DNA from: Acidimicrobiales bacterium
Lineage (GTDB): Bacteria; Actinomycetota; Acidimicrobiia; Acidimicrobiales; RAAP-2
DNA: 64,000 nt
Direction of reading: 5' to 3'
NCBI GenBank assembly: GCA_038210245.1
Contig: JBBQWW010000009.1
Location: 2,037 to 66,036, forward strand
Within the stretch, counting starts at the first letter, position 1, and each line of letters begins with the position of its first letter. The notes beneath the pieces are model-generated. The model ran no database searches. It was given only the letters and a program-made list of their open reading frames with translations, and was not told the DNA's origin. Below are positions 26,472 to 35,286 of the stretch, one piece after another. The position numbers and the translations under genes were made by a program.

Positions 26472-26513
26472 GGTGGTAATGTGATCAAGCCACCACTTTC
26501 GGTGGTAATTGTC
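26472..26513 (+). promoter_or_regulatory. Direct repeat GGTGGTAAT x2 (29-bp spacing) flanking a CCACC that can pair with either copy
   Basis: GGTGGTAATgtgatcaagCCACCactttcGGTGGTAATTGTC. It ends 37 nt before the GTG of the SGNH hydrolase gene. Confidence 0.35.
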
Positions 26514-26549
26514 TGCTGAAGGGGCGCAAGTGATGGAAGCAAACGACCG

Positions 26550-27695
26550 GTGACGCCGCGTCCGGTGCAGCCCGAGCCCTTCGTCCGGGGGGCTCCTTAC
26601 CCGGCCGCCGGGGAGGTTCCCTACCCCCGGGCCAATCCCACCGACACCGCCCGACTCCCCTCGGACACCTGGCACGCCGCCGTGGTCCCGGCCGGGGTGC
26701 GCCTCGAGCTGGTGGGCGACGCCGAGGCCATCGACATCGCCTACCGCACCACGTCGGGAAACCTCGGCTACCGGGGTGACGGCGCCGGGATCACCTTTTC
26801 GGTGTGGCGGGCCGGCCGGAAGGTCTGCGAAGAGGAGGCGGTGCTGGGCGACGGTCTGATTCGCCTCTCGCTCGGATCGGCCGGCGGCGACAAACCGGCC
26901 ACCATCTACCTCCCCGAGGGCATGCAGCCGGTGATCCAGTCCCTCACCGCGGTGAAGGGCGAGATCAGCCCGGCCCCCGACCTGCCCCGTTGGATCGCCT
27001 ACGGCGACTCCATCACGCAGGGCTGGATGGCCTCGGGACCGGCCCAGGGATGGGCGGCCATCGCGGCCCGCAAAGCCGGCCTCGACTTGGCCAACCTGGG
27101 CTACGCCGCCGCCGGCCGGGGTGAGATCGTCTCCGCCGAGCACATCGCCGCCCTCCCCGCCGACATCATCTCCATCTCCTACGGGGCCAGCTGCTGGACC
27201 CGGGTCCCCCACAGCGTCGGGATGGTGACCGAGGGCTTCATCGGGTTCCTGGACGTGGTCCGGGACGGGCACCCCGACGTGCCCATCGTCGTCATCAGCC
27301 CGGTGCTTCGGCCCGACGCCGAAGACGAGCCCAACCGACTGGGCGCCACCCTGGCTGATATCCGCCAGGCCCTCGAGTCGGTCACCCGGGACCGCATCGT
27401 GGAGGGCGACCACACCCTGGCCCTGGTGGCCGGAGAGGCCATCATCAACGCCGACCACCTGGGCGACGGGATCCATCCTGACGACGAAGGTCACAAGCGG
27501 ATCGCAGCCGCCGTGTCCAAGGCCCTCACTCTGGCCATCAAGACGGCCAAGGAGTCCCCCAGTCCCGAGGCCCTGAAGGCCGCGGCCAAGACGTTCAAGG
27601 GCGGTGGCAGTGGCGTCCGAGACGGTGGCGGCCGGGAGGACGACTCCGACGTTCGCCAGGGTCAGGGCGTGGGGGCCGCATCCGGCGCCCACTGA
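26550..27695 (+). CDS. SGNH/GDSL-family hydrolase
   Basis: 381 aa. Block I is IAYGDSITQGW (catalytic Ser). Block V is DGIHPDDEGHKRIA (DxxH). Confidence 0.82.
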   Translation: MTPRPVQPEPFVRGAPYPAAGEVPYPRANPTDTARLPSDTWHAAVVPAGVRLELVGDAEAIDIAYRTTSGNLGYRGDGAGITFSVWRAGRKVCEEEAVLGDGLIRLSLGSAGGDKPATIYLPEGMQPVIQSLTAVKGEISPAPDLPRWIAYGDSITQGWMASGPAQGWAAIAARKAGLDLANLGYAAAGRGEIVSAEHIAALPADIISISYGASCWTRVPHSVGMVTEGFIGFLDVVRDGHPDVPIVVISPVLRPDAEDEPNRLGATLADIRQALESVTRDRIVEGDHTLALVAGEAIINADHLGDGIHPDDEGHKRIAAAVSKALTLAIKTAKESPSPEALKAAAKTFKGGGSGVRDGGGREDDSDVRQGQGVGAASGAH

Positions 27696-27838
27696 CCGGG
27701 GCGGTGGCCCAGGTCACCGGCGGTGGGACGGGGGTGCCGGTGGGCAGGGGGCGTGCCGATGGATAGGGTCTCCGACGGTGGGTGCCGCGCCCACGACGGG
27801 GGCTCCCGTCCTCCAACCCGAAGAGGTCTGCACACGCC

Positions 27839-28648
27839 ATGGACGCCAGCACACTGATCGAATCGTTCCGGGTCGACGGGAAGGTGGCCGTGGTCACCGG
27901 GGCCGGCAGCGGCATCGCCAGGTCCAGTGCCCTGTCGCTGGCCGGAGCAGGGGCCACGGTGGTGTGCGCCGACATCCACGAGGACACCGCCCGGGCCACC
28001 GCCGAGGAGATCGTGGCCGCCGGAGGCACGGCCGAAGCGGCCGCGCTCGACGTGTCGCAGAAGGCGGACGTGGAGGCGCTGGCCCAGCGGGTGGCGGCCC
28101 AGCACGGCGGCATCCAGGTGTGGTGCAACATCGCCGGCATCATGCTGGGTGGGCCGTTCCTCGACGAGCCGGAAGAGGACCTCGACAAGATCATGGCCGT
28201 CAACCTGAAGGGGGTCTTCTTCGGGTGCCAGGCCGCCGGTCGGATCATGGTCGGTCAGCCCGAGGGCGGCAGCATCATCAACTGCTCGTCGGCCGCCGCC
28301 GACACCCCGAGCCCCAACATCGTGAGCTACGCCATCTGCAAGGCGGGGGTCAACCAGATGACCAAGACCCTGGCCGTGGAGGTGGGCAAGAAGCACGTCC
28401 GGGTGAACGCCGTGGCCCCGGGGTTCGTGATCACCGGCATGACCACCGGGCACTTCAACCTCCCCGACGGGAGCCCCGACGAGGCCATGGAGAACTCACT
28501 GGTGGCGGCCATGGCCAAGGGCGCCCCGCTCCGCACGGTGGGCGAGCCCGAGGACATCGCCGCCGCCGTGCTCTACCTGGCCTCCGATGCCTCGCGGTTC
28601 ATGACCGGGCAGGTCCTCCGGCCCAACGGCGGGGTGGCCATGATCTGA
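27839..28648 (+). CDS. SDR-family oxidoreductase
   Basis: Starts MDASTLIESFRVDGKVAVVTGAGSGIARS. YAICKAG (YxxxK) is present. The track's 27782 start is rejected. Confidence 0.88.
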   Translation: MDASTLIESFRVDGKVAVVTGAGSGIARSSALSLAGAGATVVCADIHEDTARATAEEIVAAGGTAEAAALDVSQKADVEALAQRVAAQHGGIQVWCNIAGIMLGGPFLDEPEEDLDKIMAVNLKGVFFGCQAAGRIMVGQPEGGSIINCSSAAADTPSPNIVSYAICKAGVNQMTKTLAVEVGKKHVRVNAVAPGFVITGMTTGHFNLPDGSPDEAMENSLVAAMAKGAPLRTVGEPEDIAAAVLYLASDASRFMTGQVLRPNGGVAMI

Positions 28649-28989
28649 GCGACCGGGGGGCCGTTCGGCTTGCGTGGGCTGTGAGCTGGGCCTTCTCGGT
28701 GATGGGGGGCGATCCCTTCCCCGGGCGCCCCTGACCCCGGCTCGTTGTCCCACCCTCCTGACTCACTGTCCGGACGTCGGCTCTGCGGCTCCACGCCCGC
28801 TGGTACCAACAGACCGGACGGCACCACGGGACGGACCAACCCGGCGAGTGGCACCGACCGCCTCCCGATGAGCGACCCGACCCCGGCGGAAGAGGGGCGG
28901 GCCCGACCCACAGCGCCCGCAGCACCCACCGGACAGATCTCGGATCGCTCGGAACGACCCACTCGGGCCCCTTTGGTGCGCCTGGTTTC

Positions 28990-29004
28990 CTGACGGACCG
29001 TCAG
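28990..29004. promoter_or_regulatory. Operator-like perfect palindrome CTGACGGACCGTCAG (7-1-7)
   Basis: Lies 23 nt upstream of the amidohydrolase ATG. Outer arms CCTGGT/ACCAGG flank it. Confidence 0.55.
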
Positions 29005-29026
29005 ACCAGGCTGTAGACTCGGCTCC

Positions 29027-30226
29027 ATGGCCGACATGCCCTGGATCATCTCCGTAGACGACCACGTGGTGGAACCACCCAATGTGTGGATGGACCGCCT
29101 CCCGAAGAAGTACCACGACGTGGGTCCGAGGATCGTGCGCGCCCCGATGGGGGAGATCACCTTCGTCGGGGGCAAGCTCACCGTGGTACCCGGGTCGGAG
29201 GGCTTCCCCACCGACTGGTGGTACTACGAGGACCTGAAGCGTCCCCTGCTTCGTGTCGACTCTGCCGTGGGCGTACCCCGGGACGAGGTGACCATGCGGG
29301 GCGTGACCTACGGGGACATGCGCCCCGGCTCCTACGAGGTCAAGCCCCGGCTCGAGGACATGGACCTGAACCACCTCGAGGCCTCGCTGTGCTTCCCGAC
29401 CTTCCCCCGATTCTGCGGGCAGACCTTCACCGAGGCCAGCGACAAGGAGCTCGGCCTCCTGTGCGTCAAGGCCTACAACGACTGGATGGTCGACGAGTGG
29501 TGCGGCCCCGAAGCCAAGGGCCGGCTCATTCCGCTGTGCCTGGTCCCGCTGTGGGATGCTGAGCTGGCCGCCGCCGAGGTGCGTCGCAACGCCGCCCGCG
29601 GCGTACGGGCGGTCTGTTTCAGTGAGATCCCGCCGTTCCTCGGACTGCCCTCGGTCCACGATCCCGACCACTACTGGGACCCGTTCTTCCGGGCCTGCGA
29701 GGAGACCGGCACCGTCGTCAACATGCACATCGGCTCGTCGTCCAAGATGCCATCCACGTCGGCCGACGCCCCACCGGCCGTGGGGTCGACGCTGACCCAC
29801 TCCAACGCCACGTACTCCATGGTCGACTTCATGTTCTCCGGCGTGCTGGTGCGGTTTCCCGAACTCAAGCTGGCCTACGCCGAGGGGCAGATCGGATGGA
29901 TCCCGTACATCCTCGAGCGGGCCGACACCGTCTGGGAGGAGAACCGGGGGTGGGGAGGAGTGGCCGACATCGTGCCCGAGCCTCCCTCGACCTACTTCTA
30001 CCGCCAGATCTACGGCTGCTTCTTCAGCGACGCCTTCGGCCTGAAGAACATCGACTCCATCGGGGTGGACAACATCACCTACGAGTCCGACTACCCCCAC
30101 TCCGACAGCACATGGCCCGAGACCCGCCAGATCGCCGAAAAGCAGATGAAGGACCTCACCGAGGAGCAGATCTACAAGATCGTCCGGGGCAACGCCATCA
30201 AGCTCTACGGCCTCGACTTCAAGTGA
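29027..30226 (+). CDS. Amidohydrolase-2 (ACMSD/LigW-type metal-dependent hydrolase or decarboxylase)
   Basis: 399 aa. IISVDDHVVEPP near the N-terminus (metal His). YESDYPHSDSTWP near the C-terminus. Confidence 0.8.
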   Translation: MADMPWIISVDDHVVEPPNVWMDRLPKKYHDVGPRIVRAPMGEITFVGGKLTVVPGSEGFPTDWWYYEDLKRPLLRVDSAVGVPRDEVTMRGVTYGDMRPGSYEVKPRLEDMDLNHLEASLCFPTFPRFCGQTFTEASDKELGLLCVKAYNDWMVDEWCGPEAKGRLIPLCLVPLWDAELAAAEVRRNAARGVRAVCFSEIPPFLGLPSVHDPDHYWDPFFRACEETGTVVNMHIGSSSKMPSTSADAPPAVGSTLTHSNATYSMVDFMFSGVLVRFPELKLAYAEGQIGWIPYILERADTVWEENRGWGGVADIVPEPPSTYFYRQIYGCFFSDAFGLKNIDSIGVDNITYESDYPHSDSTWPETRQIAEKQMKDLTEEQIYKIVRGNAIKLYGLDFK

Positions 30227-30276
30227 TCCGGCTGGTGGACCACTCCTCGGTCCTGCGGGCTTAGGGGCCCGCTCCC

Positions 30277-31506
30277 ATGGACCTCCGCTACACCGACGCC
30301 GAGCAGGCGTTCCGGGGAGAGCTGCGCCACTGGCTGGCCACCACCCTCCCCGGCCTGCCGCCCAAGCCCGCTCCCACCGACTGGCCCGGCCGCCGCGCCT
30401 ACGACACCCACTGGCAGCGCCTGCTGTTCGACGCCGGCTACGCCGGGGTCGATTGGCCCGTCGAAGGAGGCGGCCGGGGCTCTTCCCCCGTCGAGGAACT
30501 GGTGTTCAAGGAGGAGTTGGAACGGGCCCACGCTCCCTACGTGGGGGTCAACTTCGTCGGTCTCCTGCACGCCGGTCCCACCATCATCGCCGAGGGCACC
30601 CCCGAGCAGCGACAGCGCTACCTTCCGGCCATCCTCAACGGTGACGAGGTCTGGTGCCAGGGCTTCTCCGAGCCCGATGCCGGATCCGACCTGGCCTCCA
30701 TGCGCACCCGTGCCGTCCGCGACGGCGACCACTACGTCGTCACCGGATCGAAGATCTGGACCTCGCACGCCGAAGTGGCCGACCACTGTGAGCTCCTGGT
30801 CCGGACGGGCGAGGACGACAGCCGACACCGTGGCATCTCGTGGCTGATCCTGCCCATGGACACACCGGGGGTGGAGATCCGCCCGTTGACCACCATCGCC
30901 GGCTCCACCGAGTTCGCCGAGCTCTTCCTCGACGAGGTCCGGGTCCCCGTGGCCAACCGGGTCGGCGACGAGAACGACGGTTGGCGCGTGACCATGGTCA
31001 CACTGAGCTTCGAGCGCGGCACGGCCTTCGTGGGCGACCTGCTCGAGGCCTTCGAGCTCCTGTCGGCCACGGTGGCCTTGGCCCGACGGACCGGGGCGTG
31101 GGACGACGCCGGCATTCGTCGCCAGGCCGGGCACCTGCGGGCCGAGCTGGACGCACTGTGGGCCCTCACCAAACGCAACGTGTCCCAGGCCGCCCGGACC
31201 GGTATCCCCGGTGTGGGCGGGACGTTCTTCAAGCTGGCCTACACCGAGACCCGCTCCAAGCTCGGCGAGTACTCCCTCTCCCTCCTCGGGCGGGCCGCTC
31301 TGGCCGCCGACGACGTCGAGGGAGCGGACGGGCTGGGACCCCTGCCGTCGGCCACCATGGTGGAGGACTGGCTGCGGGGCATCTCCCTGACCATTGCCGC
31401 CGGCACCTCCCAGATCCAGCGGAACATCGTCGGCGAGCGCATTCTCGGGCTCCCGAAGGAGCCGTCCGGGCCGCCCAAGCCGGCCGCGGCCCGAGTCCCG
31501 TCATGA
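30277..31506 (+). CDS. Acyl-CoA dehydrogenase (long subunit of a pair)
   Basis: 409 aa. WCQGFSEPDAGSDLAS and AAGTSQIQRNIVGERILGLP are present. Confidence 0.88.
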   Translation: MDLRYTDAEQAFRGELRHWLATTLPGLPPKPAPTDWPGRRAYDTHWQRLLFDAGYAGVDWPVEGGGRGSSPVEELVFKEELERAHAPYVGVNFVGLLHAGPTIIAEGTPEQRQRYLPAILNGDEVWCQGFSEPDAGSDLASMRTRAVRDGDHYVVTGSKIWTSHAEVADHCELLVRTGEDDSRHRGISWLILPMDTPGVEIRPLTTIAGSTEFAELFLDEVRVPVANRVGDENDGWRVTMVTLSFERGTAFVGDLLEAFELLSATVALARRTGAWDDAGIRRQAGHLRAELDALWALTKRNVSQAARTGIPGVGGTFFKLAYTETRSKLGEYSLSLLGRAALAADDVEGADGLGPLPSATMVEDWLRGISLTIAAGTSQIQRNIVGERILGLPKEPSGPPKPAAARVPS

Positions 31507-31600
31507 GCGGTGGGCGGCGCCGGGCGACCTTCCATCCGACGATGACGAACCAAGCCGGGCACCCCCCCGACGAACGGCCCGCGGACCACGAGGAGCGACG

Positions 31601-32617
31601 GTGGACTTCGAACTGACCGAGGTCCAGTCCGAGCTGGCCGACGGCGTGCGTCGCCTGGGCGAAGGCCAGTTCCGACTCGACCATCTCCGTACCCTCGAGT
31701 CGGAAGGCCAGGTGGTCGACCGGCAGGGCTGGCGGCAGCTGGGGGAGGCGGGCGTGTTCAACCTGTGCCGGCCCGAGTCGGAGGGTGGGGTGGGCCTGGG
31801 CCTGGCCGAAGCGGCCCTGGTCTTCGAGGAACTGGGGCGGGCACTGGTCCCCGGACCTCTGGTGGCCACGCACCTGGCGGCCGGATCGGTCGACGGCGCT
31901 GATGACGGCTCCGTGGTGGTGGGGCTGCTCGAAGCCGACCGAACTGGCGACCGCGCCGCCCTGCCCCTGATCGTCGAAGGACTCGATGATCTCGACGTGC
32001 TGATGGTGCTGTCCGACGACGGCGTGACGGCCATCGACCCCGCCGCTGTGGACGCCACCCGGCTGCAGCGGCCCATGGACCCCCTGACCCCGGTGTGGGC
32101 CATCCCCTCCCCGTCCACCCTTCCCCGGGGCACCCCGGTGGCCGGACCCGACGTGGCCGCCCGCTGGCGTCGGGACGGAGCCGTGCTCACCGCCGCCCTG
32201 CAGGTCGGCGCGGCGACGTGGGTGACCGACCTGGCCGTCGAGTACGCCAAGCAGCGCCGGCAGTTCGGTCGGCCCATCGGTGGGTTCCAAGCCGTCAAGC
32301 ACCTCTGCGCCGACATGGCCGTACGAGCCGAGGTGGCCCGCTGTGCCGTGCACGCCGCGGCGGTCACCGCCGACCAGCCCGATGTCGGCGACGCCGCCTC
32401 GGCGGCGGCGGGGGCCAAACTGCTGGCCGACGAGGCCGCCATTGCCAATGGCCGGTCCTGCATCCAGGTTCACGGGGGGATGGGGTTCACCTGGGAGGTG
32501 CCGGCCCATCTGGCCTACAAGCGGGCCCGAGTACTAGCCACCCGTTTCGGGACGGACGATCAGTTGGCCGAGCAGCTGGCCCTGTCCATCCCCGTCCCCA
32601 CCGGCGACGTACGCTGA
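31601..32617 (+). CDS. Acyl-CoA dehydrogenase family protein (short subunit of a pair)
   Basis: GTG at 31601 after AGGAG plus 5 nt; starts VDFELTEVQSELADGV. QFGRPIGGFQAVKHLCADM...GGMGFTWE is present. The track's 31394 start is rejected. Confidence 0.85.
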   Translation: MDFELTEVQSELADGVRRLGEGQFRLDHLRTLESEGQVVDRQGWRQLGEAGVFNLCRPESEGGVGLGLAEAALVFEELGRALVPGPLVATHLAAGSVDGADDGSVVVGLLEADRTGDRAALPLIVEGLDDLDVLMVLSDDGVTAIDPAAVDATRLQRPMDPLTPVWAIPSPSTLPRGTPVAGPDVAARWRRDGAVLTAALQVGAATWVTDLAVEYAKQRRQFGRPIGGFQAVKHLCADMAVRAEVARCAVHAAAVTADQPDVGDAASAAAGAKLLADEAAIANGRSCIQVHGGMGFTWEVPAHLAYKRARVLATRFGTDDQLAEQLALSIPVPTGDVR

Positions 32618-32621
32618 GCCG

Positions 32622-33602
32622 GTGAGCGCCTCCCCGGTCCCCCTGCCCTCCAACGTGGTGCCCGTGCTCCCCTCTGGTCGCACCGTCTTCGGGATGCAGC
32701 TCCCCATCCAGTCGCAGTCCACCATCTACACCCAGGCCTGGGAGACAGCGGCGGGACCGGACGAACTGGCCACCGTGGCCCTGGCCTGTGAGGCGGCCGG
32801 CTTCTTCTACGTGGGCGTCTGCGATCACACCTTCATTCCCGAGCGGCTGGCCGGGGCCATGAGCACCACCTGGTACGACACGGTGGCCACCCTCGGTTGG
32901 CTGGCCGGGGTCACCACCACGGTCCGGCTCCTCTCCCACATCTACGTGGTGGCCCTCCGCCATCCGCTCCGGGCGGCCAAGGAGTTCACCACCCTCGACG
33001 CCCTGTCCAAGGGCCGGGTCATCTGCGGCGTGGGCGCCGGCCACGTCACCGAGGAGTTCGACCAGATGGGACCGCCGTTCGACCACCGGGGCCCGGCCAC
33101 CGACGAAGCCATCGCCGGGCTGGTCGCCGGGCTGGAGAACGAGTTCCCCGTCCTCGACGGTCCCACCTGGAAGGCGTCGGGCCTCGGCCTCAGGCCCCGG
33201 CCGGTGCAGTCCCCCCGTCCTCCCATCTGGACCGGGGGCTCGTCGCCCGCCGCCCTGAGACGGACGGCCCGGTTCGCCGATGGCTGGCTGCCCCAATCGC
33301 TCGGGCCCAACGTCGAGTTACTCGTCGACCTGCACCGGATGCGTGAGGAGTACCGACCCGGGGCCCCTCTCGACATCGGTGCCATCGCCGCCCCGTTCCA
33401 CGTCGGCCCACCCCCATCCGGCTTCGACCTCCCGCCGGGAACGGTGTCGGGTACCCCCGAGGAGATCGCCGAGTACCTGCGTCCGTTCTCGGCCGCCGGC
33501 GTCGGTCAGGTGCAGGTCCGCTTCCCCACCGGGTCGGTGGAGGAGCAGTGCGAACAGATCGCCGGCTTCGGTGAAACAGTCATCCCGCTGATCGACGCCT
33601 GA
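32622..33602 (+). CDS. LLM-class (luciferase-like) flavin/F420-dependent oxidoreductase
   Basis: 326 aa. FFYVGVCDHTF, VVALRHPL and ...TGGSSPAALRRTARFADGWLP are typical of LLM-class enzymes. Confidence 0.78.
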   Translation: MSASPVPLPSNVVPVLPSGRTVFGMQLPIQSQSTIYTQAWETAAGPDELATVALACEAAGFFYVGVCDHTFIPERLAGAMSTTWYDTVATLGWLAGVTTTVRLLSHIYVVALRHPLRAAKEFTTLDALSKGRVICGVGAGHVTEEFDQMGPPFDHRGPATDEAIAGLVAGLENEFPVLDGPTWKASGLGLRPRPVQSPRPPIWTGGSSPAALRRTARFADGWLPQSLGPNVELLVDLHRMREEYRPGAPLDIGAIAAPFHVGPPPSGFDLPPGTVSGTPEEIAEYLRPFSAAGVGQVQVRFPTGSVEEQCEQIAGFGETVIPLIDA

Positions 33603-33630
33603 CCGTCGGTCGGTGACTTCCCCGGCCCGG

Positions 33631-34236
33631 TCAGTGCGATGTCGACGTGGTCGACGTAGAGGACGCACCGCCGAACGGACCGGCCGCCACTGACGTCGTC
33701 GTTGTCCCTGCGCCACCGGAGCCGCCCGAGCTCCCCGCTGTGGTGGTGGTCGAACTCGTGGAGGTCGTCGAACTCCCGGGCGACGAGGTCGCCGTGGTGG
33801 ACGTCGGGACCGACGTTGACCGGGTGGTCGTGGTGGTGGCTACCGACGTGGTGGTCGACGGCACCACCTTCGTGGCCCCCGGGATGACAAAGTCCCCCTG
33901 CGGCGTGTGGATGACCGCGCCGGTCCCCGCTGTCGGGACCTGGGGTGGGTTGAAGTAGAGCAGCGTCGCCAGTCCAGCGAAGGCCACCACCATGAACAGG
34001 GTCGAACGACGCACGGGGAATCCCCGGCTCACCGGCACGGACATGAATCCCACCAGGGCGCTGTGCCGGACCTCATGCTCCTGGCTCGGGTCCTTCCGCT
34101 CCCACGGCGCCCGGGTCCGGGGCGTTCGCAGACCGTCTCGACCATCGGCGGTGGCTCCCCCGCCGTCCTCGTCGTCTCTCCCACCGTTGCCGTCGTCGCT
34201 CCCGCCTGGTCCCGAAGTGGACTGATCGCCGGTCAT
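33631..34236 (-). CDS. Single-pass membrane protein with a Ser/Thr-rich ectodomain (hypothetical)
   Basis: The ATG overlaps the MscS stop (ATGA). It has an acidic/Gly-rich N-terminus, a TM helix (LFMVVAFAGLATLLYF), then a TTTSVATTTTTRSTSVPTSTTATSS... tail. The track's 34431 start is rejected. Confidence 0.6.
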   Translation of the reverse strand: MTGDQSTSGPGGSDDGNGGRDDEDGGGATADGRDGLRTPRTRAPWERKDPSQEHEVRHSALVGFMSVPVSRGFPVRRSTLFMVVAFAGLATLLYFNPPQVPTAGTGAVIHTPQGDFVIPGATKVVPSTTTSVATTTTTRSTSVPTSTTATSSPGSSTTSTSSTTTTAGSSGGSGGAGTTTTSVAAGPFGGASSTSTTSTSH

Positions 34237-35039
34237 GAGTGGCCGTCTCCGATCGACGGGGAACTGACACCGGCGGCACGGAGTGCGGTGGTGGCCCGCA
34301 GCCGGATCTCGCGGGCCACTTCGAACTGACGTCCGGGCAGGGTCCGGGCGATCAGTCGGAGTTGCACATAGCCCACGTCGATGGTCTCCACACCGGCCAC
34401 CACCGGATCGCCGAGGAGGAGCCCCTGCCATTCGGGGTCAGCGGCCATGTCGGAGAACATGTCCTTTAACAGCCCCGTGACCCGTTCGAGATCCTCGGTC
34501 ACCGACACGGGGATGTCGATCACCGCCCGGGACCAGTCCTTGGACAGGTTGGTCACCTGGCGGAGCGCACTGTTGGGCACCACCACCAGCTCTCCCTGGG
34601 CGGTCCTCACCTTGGTGACCCTCAGGGTGAGCTCCTCCACCGTGCCGGTGATACCCGTGGCCTGGCCGGGGATCGACAGCCGGATGACGTCACCGAAGGC
34701 GAACTGGTGCTCGGCGAAGAGGAAGAAGCCGGCCAGCAGGTCGCCCACCATCTGTTGAGCCCCGAAGCCGAGTCCGATGCCGATCACGGTGGCCGGGGCC
34801 ACGAGGGTGGTGAGGGGTATCCCCAACCGGCCCAGGGCCAGGATGGCCGTGACGAAGCCCACCAAGGCCACCGCCACCCACTCCACGGCCTCGCTCACCG
34901 CCCGGGACCGCTTCAGACTCTCGGAGGCCACCTCGCCCGACTCGATCTGGGCCCGGATCTGACCGTCGACCCAGCTGCGGCGGCGGGCCCCCACCCAGTG
35001 GGCGAACCGGATGAAGAGTCCGGCTCCGAGTACGAGCAC
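34233..35039 (-). CDS. MscS-family mechanosensitive ion channel
   Basis: 268 aa. Pore-lining helix IGIGLGFGAQQMVGDLLAGFFLFAEHQFAFGDVI and a beta-domain follow. Confidence 0.88.
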   Translation of the reverse strand: MLVLGAGLFIRFAHWVGARRRSWVDGQIRAQIESGEVASESLKRSRAVSEAVEWVAVALVGFVTAILALGRLGIPLTTLVAPATVIGIGLGFGAQQMVGDLLAGFFLFAEHQFAFGDVIRLSIPGQATGITGTVEELTLRVTKVRTAQGELVVVPNSALRQVTNLSKDWSRAVIDIPVSVTEDLERVTGLLKDMFSDMAADPEWQGLLLGDPVVAGVETIDVGYVQLRLIARTLPGRQFEVAREIRLRATTALRAAGVSSPSIGDGHS

Positions 35040-35196
35040 GACGGCAGGGAGCAGGTGGTTCTGTAACCAAGCGTGGGTGATCCCCGGAAAATACCATCCA
35101 GGTGGCCGTGGGCCCCGTCCCCCACCCGCGGGCTCCGGTGGAACCGGGCCATCGGCCGGTGCCGCCCTTGAGCGGGAACCCCGGGCGTACCGTAAA

Positions 35197-35211
35197 CTGA
35201 CGGTCTGTCAG
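35197..35211. promoter_or_regulatory. Operator-like dyad CTGACGGTCTGTCAG (within AACTGAC-N5-GTCAGTT)
   Basis: Lies 76 nt upstream of the ATG at 35287. Confidence 0.55.
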
Positions 35212-35286
35212 TTCTGGACAGGACCTCGTACCTCGACGTCGCGGCCCGGTCCCACGATCCTCACCACCCCACGGAGGCACTACACC

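Noticed and set aside
28745-28993. 82-aa ORF in the gap before the amidohydrolase operon
   Set aside because: Third-position GC is clearly below that of neighbouring genes. The sequence is disordered and Pro/Arg/Thr-rich, has no RBS, and its end overlaps the operator palindrome. It is kept only as a note in findings.
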